A DNA stretch of 50,585 nt from NCBI GenBank assembly GCA_032718475.1, contig JAUCBJ010003106.1, forward strand, positions 1-50,585. Reading direction: 5' to 3'. This document shows, in pieces, positions 46,565 through 50,585 of this stretch (position 1 is the first letter of the stretch; every line of letters starts with the position of its first letter). The notes beneath the pieces are model-generated. The model had not been told where the DNA came from. It saw nothing but the letters and a program-made list of their open reading frames with translations, and searched no databases. The translations under genes were made by a program, and so were the position numbers. Source of the DNA: Nemertoderma westbladi (taxonomy: Eukaryota > Animalia > Xenacoelomorpha).

Positions 46565-49500
46565 GTGACTGCCAGCCACCATGAGAGAGTAAAGATGAGC
46601 CAAGAGGGAGAGAGGACACCGCCGCGGACCCCGGACGACAACCTAATGATCCGCGAGGCCGCGACGCGACGGTATCGACCCGCAACGCCGGAAAGAGACG
46701 ATCTGGCAACAACCCAAGCGGAGGACGGCCGTCTACTAGCGAAAGGGGACGAGTCGACGCACGACGGCGGTCGACGTACCGATGTCGCCGGCCAGCCACA
46801 GGCCGAGGGCGACGGACGGCCCACCGGAACGGCGACGGTGGGGCCGCCGGTACGACGCCGAACCAGGAGGGGAGAAGGAGAGGTCAGCGATCGGCTCCGA
46901 CGGGCTTACAACGCCACAAAGAAACAGTTGAGGGAGGCCAGGGAAGGAGCGAAGGTGGACCAGGTAAAACGTAAAACTAGAGCGGCGACTAAGTGAGTCG
47001 AACAAACATTTTAGGTCCCTAGTTCGCTTCGGGGAGGGAGAACTAGCCAGTGAGAGAGTGAGGGGGGTCGCCACCGAACTATTTGAACTGTGGCGATCTG
47101 GGATAATGGAGCCCCAAACAGTGTACATAGGGCCGTATTTAGTGGATGCTAGGGGAATTAAGTTAGTGGGTTGGGCGGACCCGCACGAGGGCGAATCCGA
47201 GGTTAACTCCGAGGATTCGGTCTCGTCGGTTAGCGAGAACCCCGGAAAGCGGGGGAAAGTTAGTAGGACAGAGGGGCGACGGCAAGTCCTCTACATCCTC
47301 TGCAAAAGTAAGAAGGTTGTTAGAAATAGATCTGGCGTGTCAATTGAGCATTGCGGCGCTAGACCAGAAAGAGTTAGAGAGACAATTGAGCGAGGGAGCC
47401 GCATTGTTAGAAAGAGAGAGGGAGTTAGCCAGGGAATGTAGAGAGAGGGCCGAGAGAGTGGCGAGAGACTGTAGGGAGCGCGAGGAATGGGAGGCAGAAA
47501 TAGAGAACGAGCGTAAAGAGCGAGAAGTGAGACAGGCAGCGAGGGCATAGAAAATAGAGAACGACCGTAAAGAGCGAGAGACGAGAATAGAGAACGACCG
47601 TAAGGAGAGAGAAATAAGAGTAGAGAATGAGCGTAGAGAGCGGGAGACGAGAGAGGCAGAGTTGGCCGGGCAAAGTTTGCGAGAAGATAGAGGGAAAGCG
47701 TATGCGGGATGATATGCATGCCCGGCTAAGGGGGCTTATGCAGTATCAGGCCAAGCAGAGGCGCCGACTAGAACTGGCGCAGTTGGGACTATCAGAGATT
47801 GAGGCTGGCTCGGGTAGTATTTACGAGGAGCCAGAGGTAGTGGAAACGTTAGTTAATACCCCACTTACAGGCACCGGGCGAGAGAACCAGAACTGGTGTA
47901 ACCGTACGGGGGGGGGGGGGGGGGGGGGGGGGTAATAATAATATGTTAGAAGAGATTAATAGTAATAGTACCGTAGTAGACAACCCTAATCAAACTTTCG
48001 TTGCAGGAAATAATATTTTATCCGGTAATTCTAATTTAAATACAAATAATTCAAATAATAATTCTAATTCAAAATAATCTAAATAATAATTTAAATTCAA
48101 ATACAAATACAAATAATCTAAATAATAATTTTAATTCAAACGCGCAAAATAATTCGAATAATAATTTAAATTTAGAAAATAATAATAATTCTAATTTAAA
48201 TAATAATATTGATAGCGGCGCTATTAATACTAATGTAGACACAGGTAGTCCGGCCAACGGGGGCCTGCAAGGCCACGCAGTTAGTGCGCAGGGAGTAGCG
48301 GGGGTGAGTGACCCCGACGGGAGCCTGCAAGGCCACGTAGTTAGGCAGGGAGTAGCGGGGGTGAGTCAACCCGAGAATGTCCCACAAGCGTCGGCGGATA
48401 ATGTGCGGGGCAAGTTAGGTGAACCGCGGCACCCGACGACGGAGAATAGTAGGGGGATGACGAGTATCCACGAAGAGAATAATAGAAGAATCGTTGCTAG
48501 GAGCAACCGGAGAGCGAGGACGGATAGCGAGCCGTCGATAGTAGAGATGGAGTTAGGGAGTCAGTGGGACCGAACTCCGGGAGATTGCCGTCGCCCCGGA
48601 GAGACGCACCGCACGCCAGGAGAGGGGTACAGGACGTACCGATACGAAGGCAAGAACAGGAGAGGGGATCGAAGAGAAACTTCCCGACGGGATATAGCTG
48701 TCGATCGAGAGTACGGTAGTCGCGGGGAGATTCGAGTTTCGAGAAGATTAAACTTCGGTTCGGAAGGGCACATGCAGACTGCAGGACATACTGTAGGCCT
48801 TACTGCACATACTATTATAGGCCATGCTGGGAGAGATAGTGTAGGCGATAGGGTAGCGCGAACGACGGGATTGGATCCGGAAGTCGCGGAGTACATCCCG
48901 GTAGGTAGGCAAGAAGTGAATAGGCCTATATCGGTACCAGCACAGCAGCATGACTATAATATGCAGGGACATAACATATATCCAGGGGAGGGGAGAGTTA
49001 TTGCAGATAGATGTATGGGCCCCAATATATCAACCCCAGTACCAAATATAATACCGGTGGGGGGGGGGGGGGGGCAGGGTGACATTCCCCCATTACAATA
49101 TCAACAATACACTCAAACAGGATTAAGAACATCGAACCCCCTGGACGAGAACAGGTCGTGCGACACAGAAATATGGAGGGGGCAGTTACCCCCAATGATA
49201 TATCCGACGCAACAAAGAAGGTCAACAGACAGGACGGGCGGACCACACCCAACGGGAGAGTCTGTACAGCATCCATTGAACCCATTGGAAGCACAGGCAA
49301 TGGGAATGGCGACACTAATCGATGCATTAAAGACCAGGATCGAGTTACCACCAGTCAAGCCATTTAAATTCGACGGAAGTAGGCCGGAAGAATACCTGCA
49401 ATTTCGGCGCATGTACAGCAACGAGATATTAAATAAGAACTTGACGCAGGCGGAGTGCCTAAAATATCTACAGGTATATACAGGAGGCCCAGCATACGAC

Positions 49501-50585
49501 ATCGTGAGGCAGTACCAGGGCATCGAGGGCGGCTTCACGACAGCATGGTGGGCGCTAGACAGGGAGTACGGGCACCCGACCAAGATCATCCGGCAAACCC
49601 TGAGAGGTATAACATCGGGTGGCCTACAGGATAACCCCGTTAGCATAAAGCCATTTGTGAACAAAGTCGAGAAGGCGCTAATCATGCTAAAGATGCTAGA
49701 CGCGCCATATGAACTCAACGCATCTAATAACATCACCACGATAGCGCAGGCACTGCCGATGTGGTTACGGAGCAAGTGGAGGAAGATCGCCTTCTCCACT
49801 CGGGAGAAGAAAGGTGCGTAGCCAGGGCTAGAGGAAATGTCAAACTTCCTCAACAACGAAGCCAAGTTGATCACAGACCCAGTCTATAGTGAGGATAGTT
49901 TGGGGAAGGCACCGAAGACTGAATACAACAGGCCTAAACCCGAACACAATCCTGCAGATCCACTCCCGAGAGTAAGACAGTCGCTACCACACGCGGCCAC
50001 ACAGGGGGCTACAAGCCCACAGTTAGCTGGGAGTAGGGCCACACCGTGGCAGGGACAGAAAGAAAATAACAACACAAATAAACATAATCCCAACATACCC
50101 AGTAGGCCGAGTCTAGATAACCAAAACAGTAAACAAGTAGATATAAACCTACGTGCGATACGTGAGGGACTATACAGGGAACGCTATAATCCAGGATTCG
50201 AATGTCAATTACATCGGGACGGAACCCATAAGACCATGAGTTGTAAGCACTGGCAAGCGCTGCCCAAACAAGATCGTATAGCCTACACAGACGCAAACGG
50301 ACTATGCCATCGATGTGTGGTAGAAGTACACAGATCCAGAGAGTGTAGAGAAACAGCAGCAAGAGAGGATGAGACTGGAGGCCAAACAATGGCTACAAGC
50401 ACGACAGCAGTAAGAAGAAAGAGGAAAGTGCTACTCGGGGTAGTACCAGTGAAGATATCAGGAAAGGGCGGTCAATCAGTAACGACATTAATGCTGGTCG
50501 ACAGCGGAGCAGCCTTCACGCTGGTGGAGAATTGGGTGGCCGAAGAGATAGGGCTAAAGACGAGGCCGAAAAGGATGGCGGTAAC
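46565..50585 (+). pseudogene. Second BEL/Pao element: disrupted gag and start of protease, truncated by the window end
   Basis: E/R-rich coiled coil, Asn-rich tract, KFDGSRPEEYLQF (DUF1759-like), DPVYS, knuckles CQLH..H..C and CHRC..H..C, protease MLVDSGAAFTLV at about 50491. Many stops and frameshifts. Confidence 0.88.

Overview
AT-rich eukaryotic (invertebrate animal-like) nuclear DNA, not prokaryotic. Host genes: intronless proteasome alpha-2 (PSMA2, 18552-19256, -), intronless TMEM135 (43530-44936, +), and two spliced exons of a signal-peptide, Thr/Pro mucin-like gene (7384-8288, -) that the ORF track misses. The rest is mostly repeats: an inverted 30-bp minisatellite, many MITE/foldback elements, a tRNA-derived SINE, a LINE RT relic and a 77-bp 28S rRNA fragment. 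The centrepiece is a decayed, roughly 19 kb BEL/Pao LTR retrotransposon (21434-40641) with four unusual properties. (1) It has no tRNA primer-binding site; the 11 nt right after the 5' LTR are the exact complement of a conserved 11-mer inside the LTR, as in Tf1-type self-priming. (2) It carries a large extra ORF with a WRN/EXD-like DEDDy 3'-5' exonuclease and three zinc knuckles. (3) A duplicated, covarying RNA structure lies between pol and that ORF. (4) A reverse-oriented solo LTR of its own family (TSD GATAT) sits in its leader. A second, unrelated BEL/Pao element with a conventional TGG PBS runs off the right edge. All alignments and motif matches were made by eye.
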